This document shows, one piece after another, positions 19,626 through 29,210 of a DNA stretch of 64,000 nt; the stretch's first letter is position 1, and each line of letters starts with the position of its first letter. The stretch is from an uncultured Alphaproteobacteria bacterium (GTDB lineage: Bacteria; Pseudomonadota; Alphaproteobacteria; Rs-D84): positions 88,578-152,577 of the forward strand of contig CAMRWN010000002.1 in assembly GCA_947054455.1 (NCBI GenBank), in the 5' to 3' direction. A program made the position numbers and the translations under genes. The notes beneath the pieces were generated by a model. The model was given only the letters and a program-made list of their open reading frames with translations, had not been told where the DNA came from and searched no databases.

Positions 19626-22406
19626 ATGGAATGGGACGATGATTTGGGTACGTGCATTTTGAAAGACGCCAAAATGGTTGGCCGTGTTCAAAAGGTGGCC
19701 GAAGTATCAGGCATGGTTGCGCTGACCTTGGTTGCGGCTGTCGGCGGCGGCCCGATTGTGTGGGCGTTGTCGATCGTGGAAGGCGCGGCCTTGATAACAG
19801 AAGCCACAACCGAAGAAAAAATATCCGATTGGGCGGAAGGGTTCCTGGCAGATGCGGTGCGCTGCAAAGACGACAGTTCAATTTGCGCCGACGGGGTTCT
19901 GAAAAAGCATATTGCAAGAATTGTTCGCGGTTCCGGAAAATTTAGTGATACGCAAAACAAAAAAATTGCGCAGCAAATGGAACGGCTGATGGGCATGTTG
20001 GATGCGGACAAAGTGCAGGAAATCATAGAAAAAGGAAACGTGGATGGTTATATAGGCGAAAATCGTGACCCTGATTTGGAAAAGGCGATTATGGGATACT
20101 ATGGCACAAAGTTAACCAGTGCAGAAATAGCCTTGTTGGGTGCAAACTATGTTTCCACCGCCCTTACTTTTGCGACATTGGTCGGTGCGGGTGTGGCCGC
20201 GGGCCTGCGTCAGGCGGTAAAACGTAATTGGCTGCATATTTCTGAGGCACGTCAGGCCAAATGGATAAAATGGAAAATATTAAAGCCCGAGGATGTGGCG
20301 GCCTTGGCGCCAAAGACGGCGACACGTGAAATGACCGCGGCCCAGGCCAAAAAGCTGGATGAACTGAATGCCAAAATTGGTAAACTGGAATCAAAAACCA
20401 ACCGAACGCACCAAGAAGCCGAAGAATTGAAAAAACTGCATCAGGAACGTAATACGCTGTTAAACAAGATTGGAACCAAGGATGCGGATGAACTGGCAAA
20501 GCTTTCTGGCGCAGCATATGATAAAAAGGCTGTTGACGAAGCCCGGGCGGAATATGATGCGGCCATCAAAAGACGCGATGCCATGGCGAAATATATGTCA
20601 GAGCATAATGGAAACCTGCCGCAGGGAACAACCAAATACGACATTCAAAAAATCAATAACGACGTTGCGAATGCTGAAAACAAACTGAAAGAATTGGGAC
20701 AGCAGTTTACGCCCGCGGAAGCACTGCAGCCCGGCAGAAAACCAAGCGTAAACCCCGCAGATAGTGCGTCGGTGGAAGATGCCGCAAAGTCGGCGGAGGC
20801 AGCACCTGCGACCGACGCGAAAAAAACGGGTGAATCTGTCAATGATGCCGGCCGCGGTGCGCAAAAGGCGGCAAAATCCAAGTCTGAAAAAATTGCAGAG
20901 GCACGCGAAAGTGGTGATTTGGGCTATCACGGAACTGACGCTGATATTGCGACAGACGATATGATACGCGCATCGGCCAATTCATCCAATGATTTGGGTA
21001 GTGTGGGATACGGAATTGCAAAGGATTATGATGCGGCTGAAAAATATGCGGTAAAACGTCTGGTCGAAAGGCAGAATGTCGGCAAAGAAATACAGTTTTA
21101 TAATGAAAACGGAGTATTGGTTATTGAAGCTGATGAGGCGTTAAATCTTGGCAACAAAACGGGATATGTTTACACCACCGCCAAGGAAACGTCTGTTAAA
21201 TGGAATACACTGCGAAATGGGTATGTCGGCGTGTTTGATGCTGCACAAATGCCCCACTCTGTTGAGATATTGGACAAGAGAGCGTTTGATTTGGATGACC
21301 TGGTTCGTCAGGGACGTGTCAAAATTATTGAACCAAAGGCGTCCGGGGCGACGTCGGCGGCCAAAGCAAAAAATGCCGGCAAATCGGGCGGCGCGGCAAA
21401 TGCAGCACAAAATTCGGCCCAATTGAATAAGTCAAATGTTGCAGCATTGCGTCAAACCGCCAGCAGAAATTTCGACCAATACTTGGCAGAGGTAAAAGTA
21501 AGTCCAACAGGAAAAGGCAGCAGGTTGCCCAAAAGTCGCCTGAATGATGCGCAATGGAATGCCATAAATGAATCATTGGCGCGTGAAAATGTGCAATTGG
21601 TTGATAACGGCCAAGGGTATATGGAGTTCGTGCGCGCAGATCATGCCGCCGGCAAGTTAAAAATTTTTGACGCGCGGAATTTGCGTGTATCAGACGGTAC
21701 AGGGAAATTATATGTACGAAATTCAGCCCAAGAAATGCTGGGGGCCAAGGTAAATGAGTTTGCAGCAAATAATGAAATAGATAAATTGTACGGCATTATT
21801 AGACGCGGAATTGAATATCCAGTAGATGAAGCAAAGGTATCCAGGGCCATCAATGCAATGGAAAATCCTATAAATAATGCCATATCGTATACTGCGCCGA
21901 ATGCTAGGTATAGCTGGCATGTTCACTCTTATAATGGCCCTCGCAGGTCCGCCCAGTATCATGTTTCATTGAATGTCAATGTTGATGATACTCTTATCAA
22001 AAAATTGGATGAAATTATGGTAAGAGATCAGGGACAAAATATTATAAACTTTAAGATTCCGCCCAAAGGCGAGCGTTGGAAAACAATGGCCGATCCGATA
22101 AGCATTTATATGCACAATACCAATCCTGAAATAGAACGCGCCATTGCAGAGGCTGCAAAACCTTATGTACGTACATCTTCGGACATAGGACTGTTTGGCC
22201 GAAAAATTGACAACGGTGTAGCGATAGCATATGAAACCTCAGATGCAAGAGCGGATATTGTTATGGACATTCTAAATCAGGTGGCAAAAAAAGATGCAGG
22301 CGTTGCATCAATGTTAAATAGCAGATATTCTGTAGGCGCGACAGAGGCATTGCGCCTGTGGGCCAGTGATTACCTGGGGTACGTAATAGCGCCAGTAGTG
22401 CCATGA
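19626..22406 (+). CDS. Large mosaic effector/toxin-like protein (TM and coiled-coil region, ADP-ribosyltransferase-like YHGT domain, C-terminal domain), probably N-truncated
   Basis: 926-aa ORF with two hydrophobic segments and LGYHGT…GYGIAKDYDAAEKYA; no SD or signal peptide at the start. Confidence 0.7.
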   Translation: MEWDDDLGTCILKDAKMVGRVQKVAEVSGMVALTLVAAVGGGPIVWALSIVEGAALITEATTEEKISDWAEGFLADAVRCKDDSSICADGVLKKHIARIVRGSGKFSDTQNKKIAQQMERLMGMLDADKVQEIIEKGNVDGYIGENRDPDLEKAIMGYYGTKLTSAEIALLGANYVSTALTFATLVGAGVAAGLRQAVKRNWLHISEARQAKWIKWKILKPEDVAALAPKTATREMTAAQAKKLDELNAKIGKLESKTNRTHQEAEELKKLHQERNTLLNKIGTKDADELAKLSGAAYDKKAVDEARAEYDAAIKRRDAMAKYMSEHNGNLPQGTTKYDIQKINNDVANAENKLKELGQQFTPAEALQPGRKPSVNPADSASVEDAAKSAEAAPATDAKKTGESVNDAGRGAQKAAKSKSEKIAEARESGDLGYHGTDADIATDDMIRASANSSNDLGSVGYGIAKDYDAAEKYAVKRLVERQNVGKEIQFYNENGVLVIEADEALNLGNKTGYVYTTAKETSVKWNTLRNGYVGVFDAAQMPHSVEILDKRAFDLDDLVRQGRVKIIEPKASGATSAAKAKNAGKSGGAANAAQNSAQLNKSNVAALRQTASRNFDQYLAEVKVSPTGKGSRLPKSRLNDAQWNAINESLARENVQLVDNGQGYMEFVRADHAAGKLKIFDARNLRVSDGTGKLYVRNSAQEMLGAKVNEFAANNEIDKLYGIIRRGIEYPVDEAKVSRAINAMENPINNAISYTAPNARYSWHVHSYNGPRRSAQYHVSLNVNVDDTLIKKLDEIMVRDQGQNIINFKIPPKGERWKTMADPISIYMHNTNPEIERAIAEAAKPYVRTSSDIGLFGRKIDNGVAIAYETSDARADIVMDILNQVAKKDAGVASMLNSRYSVGATEALRLWASDYLGYVIAPVVP

Positions 22407-22452
22407 CGGGAATATAAACAGCGGTTTTATAAGCTGGGGAAATTTAAATTTT

Positions 22453-22526
22453 TGGTGCGGGCGAAGGGAATCGAACCCTCGTCTTCAGCTTGGGAAGCTG
22501 ACGTGCTACCATTATACCACGCCCGC
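22453..22526 (-). tRNA. tRNA-Gly(CCC)
   Basis: GCGGGCG…TCAGC-TT-CCC-AA-GCTGA…GGTTCGATTCC…CGCCCGCACCA. Confidence 0.97.
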
Positions 22527-22657
22527 GTTTCAGACGGGGCAATTTTATACTTATTTTGACTAAATGTCCAGCATAAAACGAGCCGTGGTTTTTCCGTTTG
22601 CATTTTGCTTTTTTCCGTCCTACATTGTCCAGACCTAGACAAAAGGGAGAAAAAAAT

Positions 22658-23911
22658 ATGACTACAGAAAATTTGAATCCGTTGGTCGGTGCCCAGCATC
22701 GCGTTAAGGTAGCGTGCGATAAACTGGGGATGGGCCCGGACGTATATGAAATCTTAAAAAATCCGATGCGCATGCTGGAAGTGTCCATACCGGTAAAAAT
22801 GGACGACGGCACCATTCGCGTATTCACCGGATTTCGCGCCCAGCACAATACCGCAATAGGCCCGTCCAAGGGGGGCGTGCGTTTCCATCCCGCCGTCAGC
22901 CGGGACGAGGTTGCAGCCCTGTCCATTTGGATGACTTTTAAATGCGCGGTTACGGGTATTCCGTACGGCGGCGGCAAAGGCGGCATCATCGTTGACCCCA
23001 AAGAATTGTCGGCCGGTGAACTGGAACGTTTGTGCCGCGGGTATGTTGATGCAATTTATCCGATATTGGGTGAAAAAAAGGACGTGCCCGCCCCCGATGT
23101 CAACACCAACGGCCAGATTATGTCGTGGATGATTGACGAATACATCAAACTATCCGGCGACGCGTCGTTCGGCACGTTTACAGGAAAGCCTGTTGAACTT
23201 AACGGTTCCAAGGGGCGCACCAAGGCAACCGGACTGGGAATTGCCATTGTTATCGCCGAGTCCCTGCGCACCATGGGCAAAGACATGCGCGGCGCCCGCA
23301 TCGCAATCCAGGGTTTTGGAAACGTGGGTTCATTTACCGCCAAGTGCAGCCATGACATGGGCGCCAAGGTTGTGGCGATTGCCGAATGGAATACAACGCT
23401 GTATAACGAAAACGGGTTGGATATTGACGCACTGCTGAAATTCAAATCCGAAAACGACGGCAGCATCAAGGGCTTTGCGGGTGCGACTGAAATCACCGCA
23501 CAACAGTTCTGGGCGCTGGACGTTGACGTATTGTCGCCGTGTGCCATGGAAAACACAATAAACAAGGACACTGCCCCGCTTATCCGCGCGCCACTGGTTG
23601 TCGAAGGTGCGAATGGGCCGACAACGCTGGACGGTGAACAGATTCTGGCGGACAAGGGAATTGTCGTTGTACCGGATATTCTGGCGAACGCCGGCGGTGT
23701 TACTGTTTCGTACTTTGAATGGGTGCAGAACAGATACGGATATTATTGGGAAGAAGCCGAGGTTGAACAGAAAGAGGAAATCGCGATGAAAAATGCGTTC
23801 AATGCGATTTACCAGATAAAGACCGAATATAACGTATCCATGCGCGAAGCGGCGTATATGCATTCGATAAAGCGCGTGGCCGCGGCGATGCAGCTGCGCG
23901 GATGGTGTTAA
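22658..23911 (+). CDS. gdhA: Glutamate dehydrogenase (Glu/Leu/Phe/Val family)
   Basis: GPSKGGVRFHP, GGGKGG, VPAPDVNT, QGFGNVG, EGANGP. Confidence 0.95.
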   Translation: MTTENLNPLVGAQHRVKVACDKLGMGPDVYEILKNPMRMLEVSIPVKMDDGTIRVFTGFRAQHNTAIGPSKGGVRFHPAVSRDEVAALSIWMTFKCAVTGIPYGGGKGGIIVDPKELSAGELERLCRGYVDAIYPILGEKKDVPAPDVNTNGQIMSWMIDEYIKLSGDASFGTFTGKPVELNGSKGRTKATGLGIAIVIAESLRTMGKDMRGARIAIQGFGNVGSFTAKCSHDMGAKVVAIAEWNTTLYNENGLDIDALLKFKSENDGSIKGFAGATEITAQQFWALDVDVLSPCAMENTINKDTAPLIRAPLVVEGANGPTTLDGEQILADKGIVVVPDILANAGGVTVSYFEWVQNRYGYYWEEAEVEQKEEIAMKNAFNAIYQIKTEYNVSMREAAYMHSIKRVAAAMQLRGWC

Positions 23912-23974
23912 GAATCTGCCGCAATTTAAAATCCCCCGCACGGGGGATTTTTATTTTTGATTGTTAATAAATAT

Positions 23975-24003
23975 TTGACATTTGACAAAAAACAGTACAT
24001 AAT
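23975..24003 (+). promoter_or_regulatory. Sigma70-type promoter
   Basis: TTGACA-N17-CATAAT. Confidence 0.6.
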
Positions 24004-24007
24004 ATGC

Positions 24008-24120
24008 GGGCAAATCCCACAGATTGCCATTTCAAATAAACCAGTACGCGGTATGCGTGTGGAACATCAACCGGCGAGTGTTCGCTCTTGATGAATAATT
24101 TTGCGTTTGTGGCGTTTGAA
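24008..24120 (+). ncRNA. Candidate structured RNA (three-way junction)
   Basis: Closing helix 24011-24024/24105-24118 encloses hairpins 24045-24059 and 24065-24093. Confidence 0.35.
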
Positions 24121-24144
24121 TAAAAAACAAAGAAGGCATTAATT

Positions 24145-24315
24145 ATGATATACAAGTCTTATGATGCATATTGCAAAGATTTGGCGCGCATGTACTTTGA
24201 ACCGATTGTTGTGCGCCCACAGGCTCAGAATAAAAATGAAGCCGAACTACATCAAAAATGGCAAAAACAGGCAAAAGAGTTTTTCCATTTGTTGAATAAT
24301 CAGAAAACAAAATAA
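24145..24315 (+). CDS. Small hypothetical protein (56 aa)
   Basis: MIYKSYDAYCKDLARMYF…LLNNQKTK*, SD GAAGG; below the ORF-track cutoff. Confidence 0.6.
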   Translation: MIYKSYDAYCKDLARMYFEPIVVRPQAQNKNEAELHQKWQKQAKEFFHLLNNQKTK

Positions 24316-24335
24316 ATAAAAAAAGGAGCAAAAAA

Positions 24336-24770
24336 ATGGCAACAGTTATCAGATTGGCACGCTTTGGTGCGAAAAAACGCCCGTATTATCACGTGGTTGT
24401 GACGGATTCCCGCAATGCGCGTAATTCCGGTAATATTCTGGAAGTGGTTGGAAAATACGACCCGATGCAGCCGCGCGACAGCGAAAAGCGCGTTATCTTG
24501 AAATTGGATGAAGTAAAGGCATGGTTGGCCAAGGGCGCGAAACCGTCCGACCGTGTTTACAAATTCTTGGTAAAGGCGGGTCTGGCGACAGCGAAACCGA
24601 TTCCGGTTCAGACCAAAAAGCACCTGCAGTCTGAAAAGACCCAGATGAAAATCAAGGACAAGGCCGACAAACTGGCGAAACAGGCGGAAGAAAAAGCTGC
24701 GGCCGAAGCCGCTGCCAAGGCAGCCGCGGAAGCGCCGGCAGAAGCTGCAGCCGAAACTGTTGCGGAATAA
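24336..24770 (+). CDS. rpsP: 30S ribosomal protein S16
   Basis: IRLARFGAKKRPYY…GAKPSDRV with an Ala/Glu-rich tail. Confidence 0.97.
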   Translation: MATVIRLARFGAKKRPYYHVVVTDSRNARNSGNILEVVGKYDPMQPRDSEKRVILKLDEVKAWLAKGAKPSDRVYKFLVKAGLATAKPIPVQTKKHLQSEKTQMKIKDKADKLAKQAEEKAAAEAAAKAAAEAPAEAAAETVAE

Positions 24771-24824
24771 TTTTTGCATTTGCCGCCCGGGGCGTCCCGG
24801 GCGGATATTATTTGGATAAAGTCA

Positions 24825-25289
24825 ATGTCAGACAAATCTGAAATCTTGGTCGGAAAAATTGTTGCGCCCCAGGGAATCCGCGGCGAGGTGCGTGTCCAGA
24901 CATACACCGCGTCCCCACTGGATTTTAAAAATCTGGATGTGCATGGTGCGGGTGTTGATTCAGGGGCGTTCAAATTTGTACGCAGACTGAATCCGACATC
25001 CAGTGTCATTGTTGCGCGTGTTGACGGTTTTGCCGACCGCACCGCCGCAGAGGCGCTGCGCGGAACAGACCTGTTCATATCGCGCGACACCCTGCCCGCG
25101 TTGGCGGACGGCGAATATTACCAATCGGATTTGATTGGATTCGACGTTGTGCGCAACGGTGAAAAAATCGGGCGTCTGGACGGATTTCAGAATTTCGGTG
25201 CCGGCGACATCATGGAACTGGACAACGGTGAACTGATATCATTTGCCGGCGTGGTTGTTGATATGGAAAACAAGGTGGTGAATATATGA
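24825..25289 (+). CDS. rimM: Ribosome maturation factor RimM
   Basis: VGKIVAPQGIRGEV, EYYQSDLIG, NFGAGD. Confidence 0.94.
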   Translation: MSDKSEILVGKIVAPQGIRGEVRVQTYTASPLDFKNLDVHGAGVDSGAFKFVRRLNPTSSVIVARVDGFADRTAAEALRGTDLFISRDTLPALADGEYYQSDLIGFDVVRNGEKIGRLDGFQNFGAGDIMELDNGELISFAGVVVDMENKVVNI

Positions 25290-25462
25290 GTATATTTTAT
25301 ATTATGCGTGGAATCCTGAAGGATGCCTTACTGGCTATGAGAATGCAGTTTTACAAGAGCCCGTCTGTAAAAAGCAAAACCGCTATTGCCGAGGAATACA
25401 ACCGGATGCATAAACGGATTAATTATGCGGCCCGCCGTCGTCATCGGCATCAGTCCAGATAA
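25286..25462 (+). CDS. Small basic hypothetical protein (58 aa)
   Basis: ATGA overlap with the rimM stop; MSIFYIMRG…AARRRHRHQSR*. Confidence 0.5.
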   Translation: MSIFYIMRGILKDALLAMRMQFYKSPSVKSKTAIAEEYNRMHKRINYAARRRHRHQSR

Positions 25463-25482
25463 ACTAAGCGCAATAATCAAAC

Positions 25483-26163
25483 ATGCATTTCAACATACTG
25501 ACCATTTTTCCGGAAATGTTTCCAGGCACGCTGGGCGGCGGTGTCGTCGGGCGGGCAATGGCGCGCGGGCTGTGGTCGTATGACGCGATAAATATCCGTG
25601 ATTTTGCATACAATAACTATGGCAGTGTCGATGACGAGCAGTTCGGCGGCGGCGCGGGCATGGTAATGCGTGCGGATGTTTTGGGCGACGCGATTGATTC
25701 AATCAAAAATCCGGGAAAAATCATTTATTTTTCGCCGCGCGGACCGCGTTTGGACCAGAAAATGGTACGTGAATTTGCGGCCGTGCCGGATGCGACGTAT
25801 ACACTGTTATGTGGTCGGTACGAAGGAATTGATCAACGAATCATTGATGAATATGATATAATGGAATTGTCCATTGGCGACTATATATTGTCAGGCGGGG
25901 AAATCGCCGCACAAGTTTTAATTGACAGTTGCGTTCGCGTGATGGATAATGTCCTGGGTGGCGGCAATGACGCCACACAAAACGAAAGTTTCGAAATCGG
26001 GGGGCTGGAATGGCCGTTATACACCCGCCCGTCGGCATGGCGTGGACGCAATGTCCCAGAAGTCCTGCTGTCCGGCCACCACGGCAATATCGAACGGTGG
26101 CGGAAACAACAATCGGACGAAATAACCAAAGAACGTCGTCCGGATTTAATAAAGGAAAAGTAA
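25483..26163 (+). CDS. trmD: tRNA m1G37 methyltransferase
   Basis: [29 protein letters not shown]. Confidence 0.97.
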   Translation: MHFNILTIFPEMFPGTLGGGVVGRAMARGLWSYDAINIRDFAYNNYGSVDDEQFGGGAGMVMRADVLGDAIDSIKNPGKIIYFSPRGPRLDQKMVREFAAVPDATYTLLCGRYEGIDQRIIDEYDIMELSIGDYILSGGEIAAQVLIDSCVRVMDNVLGGGNDATQNESFEIGGLEWPLYTRPSAWRGRNVPEVLLSGHHGNIERWRKQQSDEITKERRPDLIKEK

Positions 26164-26164
26164 A

Positions 26165-26557
26165 ATGAGCATTATTAAAAAAATCGAAGAAGCCCAGGTT
26201 GCAAAGCTGAAGGGCGACAAAAACATCCCGAACTTCAAGTCCGGTGATACATTGAAGGTTCATGTCAAAATCAAGGATGGCGACAAGTTCCGTATCCAGA
26301 TATTCGAAGGTGTTGTCATCGCACGCGACGGCGGCATGGGAAATAATGCATCCTTTACAGTACGCCGCGAATCATACGGTGTTGGCGTTGAACGCAAGTT
26401 CCCGCTTTACAGCCCTGCAATCGAAAAGATTGAAAAGGTCCGCATCGGTAAAGTTCGTCGTGCAAAGCTGTTCTTCCTGCGTGGTTTGTCCGGCAAAAAG
26501 GCTCGTATTGTCGAAGACCTGGCCGCGGCGTCCGCGGAAAAGAATGCAAACAAATAA
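26165..26557 (+). CDS. rplS: 50S ribosomal protein L19
   Basis: [26 protein letters not shown]. Confidence 0.97.
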   Translation: MSIIKKIEEAQVAKLKGDKNIPNFKSGDTLKVHVKIKDGDKFRIQIFEGVVIARDGGMGNNASFTVRRESYGVGVERKFPLYSPAIEKIEKVRIGKVRRAKLFFLRGLSGKKARIVEDLAAASAEKNANK

Positions 26558-26682
26558 TTTGTTTGTGTTGCAGATATGGAATCCCGCGATGCGGGATTCT
26601 TTTTTTTTACAAAAAAGGAACAGCATCCGCCGCCATATTTAATGGTTTGACTTTGACCGGGTGTCGCATTAATATAACCCGT

Positions 26683-27054
26683 ATGAAAAAACAAATTGTT
26701 AATTTAATGTTTTTTGCCGCCATGACCGGCGGCGCGTGCGGTGCGGCGGATGCCTATGTCGAACGCAACACGGCGGTTGTCGACATAATGAACAAGGCTG
26801 CCGGCAAGGTTCAGACCATACGTATCCCGGTTGGCGAAACGGCCCAGTTTGAAAAACTGCGCATGGTTGTTCGTTCATGCAAACAGGCCGACCCGTTCCA
26901 GGCCGAAGACTATTTCATGTTTATTGAAGTATTCAAAAACGGCGATGGGCAGATATTCGGCAATTGGATGAGTCGAAACGAACCAGGACGCGCCCCGCTG
27001 CAAAATGCGGATTATGACGTATGGCTGGTCAAATGTGAAAATTCGGAGGGATAA
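26683..27054 (+). CDS. DUF2155 family exported protein
   Basis: Signal peptide, NKAAGK, IFGNWM…YDVWLVKC. Confidence 0.8.
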   Translation: MKKQIVNLMFFAAMTGGACGAADAYVERNTAVVDIMNKAAGKVQTIRIPVGETAQFEKLRMVVRSCKQADPFQAEDYFMFIEVFKNGDGQIFGNWMSRNEPGRAPLQNADYDVWLVKCENSEG

Positions 27055-27057
27055 ACA

Positions 27058-27363
27058 ATGAAAATCATCAGAAAATATTTAAAGTTGATTATTGGAATTG
27101 GTGTTTTGATTCTGGCGGTGCTGGTGTTTTTCCGTGCCCAGCGTGCCGGTGATTTAGAAGCGGGAACATTAAAGAACTGGCAGTCGGCTTCGTTGGAACG
27201 CAGACAGACTGCGGCCAGAATTACAACCGCGTCGGATGAAAATACGGATTTGCTGGTCGCGTGTGTCGATAAAATGGCAACCCTGCCCGATGCAGGCGAA
27301 ATGGCGGTGCGCGATGCAATCTCGCTGTGTCATACCGGAATTCAACTAAAAAGCAACCTGTGA
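27058..27363 (+). CDS. Hypothetical membrane-anchored protein
   Basis: N-terminal TM helix, SD GGAGGG. Confidence 0.75.
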   Translation: MKIIRKYLKLIIGIGVLILAVLVFFRAQRAGDLEAGTLKNWQSASLERRQTAARITTASDENTDLLVACVDKMATLPDAGEMAVRDAISLCHTGIQLKSNL

Positions 27364-28052
27364 TTTATCGTATAATTGCGCTTTTGATGCTGGCCGGATG
27401 CAGGTGTGCCGCGCAACGGGATTACATTGGCGCACAATATGTCGGCGCGGCATATTTGGCCGACCCGCTGGGCGAAGCGGCGGACCCGGATTCAGACCCG
27501 CTGATGCGGTTTGATGCCTTTGACTGTACAACGTTTGTGGAAACAGTTCTGGCCGGCGGCGATGTTGACCGCCTTACACAGATAAGGTACAGAAACGGTG
27601 AAATCGGATTTTTAACCCGCAATCATTTTATTGAAACCGACTGGCTGAAAAACAACGCAGCGCGCGTTGAAAACGTCAGCGCAAATTACGGTCCAACCCG
27701 CGTGCGCAGGGTGGACGTGGACAAGTCTGGGTGGCTGCGCCGGGTGCATGGAATAGATGCGGCGTTTCCTGTGGTCTCGGCATCTGTTGAATACATACCC
27801 TATTCCCATGCCGCCGATATTCGTCCGGCTGCGCCGATGATTGTCTTATTTATTGCTGGCAATTCGGGAAAAAGTGCTACAATAGGCACCGACATCGCCG
27901 TTGTGCATATGGGTTTTTTACTGCCGGACGGGACACTGCGTCATGCGTCTTCGGCGGCGGGTCGTGTCGTGGATGTGAATTTTGCCGAATATGTTCACGC
28001 CAGAATGCAAAATAAAAATAATTTGGGAATAACATTGGTGGAAATAAAATGA
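27360..28052 (+). CDS. DUF1460 (NlpC/P60-like) peptidoglycan amidase lipoprotein
   Basis: Lipobox LAGC, FDCTTFVE, RNHF, HMG, HASS; GTG start overlaps the upstream stop. Confidence 0.85.
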   Translation: MIYRIIALLMLAGCRCAAQRDYIGAQYVGAAYLADPLGEAADPDSDPLMRFDAFDCTTFVETVLAGGDVDRLTQIRYRNGEIGFLTRNHFIETDWLKNNAARVENVSANYGPTRVRRVDVDKSGWLRRVHGIDAAFPVVSASVEYIPYSHAADIRPAAPMIVLFIAGNSGKSATIGTDIAVVHMGFLLPDGTLRHASSAAGRVVDVNFAEYVHARMQNKNNLGITLVEIK

Positions 28053-29173
28053 GCGCGGAAGAAATAATTCGTTTGGATATGGGAAAAATGGACGGCGATA
28101 CGGCAGCGGATGCGGCGGCGACGCTGTGTCTGGGTATTGAATCATCCTGCGACGAGACGTCTGCCGCCATTGTTGATTCAAATCGAAATATATTGTCGCA
28201 TATAATTTATTCACAGATACCCGAACATCAAAAATATGGTGGCGTTGTGCCGGAATTGGCGGCGCGCGCGCATATTTTGGCCATTGACGAGGTAGTGCGC
28301 CAAACATTGGAACGCGCCGGCAAGACAATGGGGGACATAGATGTGGTCGCTGCGACCGCGGGCCCCGGACTGATTGGCGGCGTTTTGGTCGGATGGATGG
28401 CGGCGACCGGTATTGCACAGGCAACCGGCAAGCCGTTGGTTGCGGTCAATCATCTGGAGGGACACGCGCTGGTCCCGCGTCTGTGCGCAACGTCCGCATC
28501 CGGTGCGGCCGGCGGCAGCCATGTAGAATTTCCGTATCTGCTGATGCTGGCGTCTGGCGGACACTGCCAGATTCTGTTGGTGCGCGGTGTTGGCAAGTAC
28601 GAGCTGATTGGCCAGACGCTTGACGACAGCGCCGGCGAGGCGTTTGACAAAGTTGCCAAGATGCTGGGGCTGGGATATCCGGGCGGCCCTGTTGTGGACA
28701 CGCGCGCACGGGACGGAAATCCGACTGCATTCAAATTCCCGCGGCCATTGTGCGACAAACCTGGATGTGATTTTTCTTTCAGCGGTATCAAGACCGCCGC
28801 CAGAACATTTCTGGATAGAAATCCGGCGCCGCACACCGATGAATTTATCAACGATTTTTGCGCATCGTTCCAGGCGTCGGTCGTCGACTGCATAATAAAC
28901 CGGCTGACGAACGCGATGTGCGATACGCGTGGCGCGGCGGCTGCGCCGCGTACGCTGGTTGTGGCCGGCGGCGTTGCCAAGAACAGCGCCATACGCGCCG
29001 CAATGGAAGAACTGGCGTCGCGCCATGGAATGATTTTTGCCGCCCCCCCGATGAATTTATGCACGGACAATGGCGCCATGATTGCGTGGGCGGGAATTGA
29101 AAACCACCGCTGTGGGAATATTGTACGCGAACCCGTCGCGCCGCGTCCCCGCTGGCCGCTGACGGAATTATAA
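28049..29173 (+). CDS. tsaD: tRNA t6A37 threonylcarbamoyltransferase
   Basis: LGIESSCDET, GGVVPELAAR, NHLEGH, DNGAMIA. Confidence 0.97.
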   Translation: MSAEEIIRLDMGKMDGDTAADAAATLCLGIESSCDETSAAIVDSNRNILSHIIYSQIPEHQKYGGVVPELAARAHILAIDEVVRQTLERAGKTMGDIDVVAATAGPGLIGGVLVGWMAATGIAQATGKPLVAVNHLEGHALVPRLCATSASGAAGGSHVEFPYLLMLASGGHCQILLVRGVGKYELIGQTLDDSAGEAFDKVAKMLGLGYPGGPVVDTRARDGNPTAFKFPRPLCDKPGCDFSFSGIKTAARTFLDRNPAPHTDEFINDFCASFQASVVDCIINRLTNAMCDTRGAAAAPRTLVVAGGVAKNSAIRAAMEELASRHGMIFAAPPMNLCTDNGAMIAWAGIENHRCGNIVREPVAPRPRWPLTEL

Positions 29174-29210
29174 AATTGCAAAAAATTGTATTTTTTGATA
29201 CAATTCCGGC

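Noticed and set aside
19549-19917. Long N-terminal extension of the recombinase (ORF-track start 19917)
   Set aside because: Overlaps the opposite-strand 926-aa gene; the catalytic YxRVS motif and an SD indicate a start at 19548
18926-22452. att-bounded island at tRNA-Gly
   Set aside because: I found no copy of the tRNA-Gly 3' end at the far side, so island boundaries cannot be supported
24072-24094. Fluoride-riboswitch-like GGCGAGTGTTCGC…TGATGA
   Set aside because: Lacks the GAUG core spacing and pseudoknot partner, and no fluoride-related gene follows
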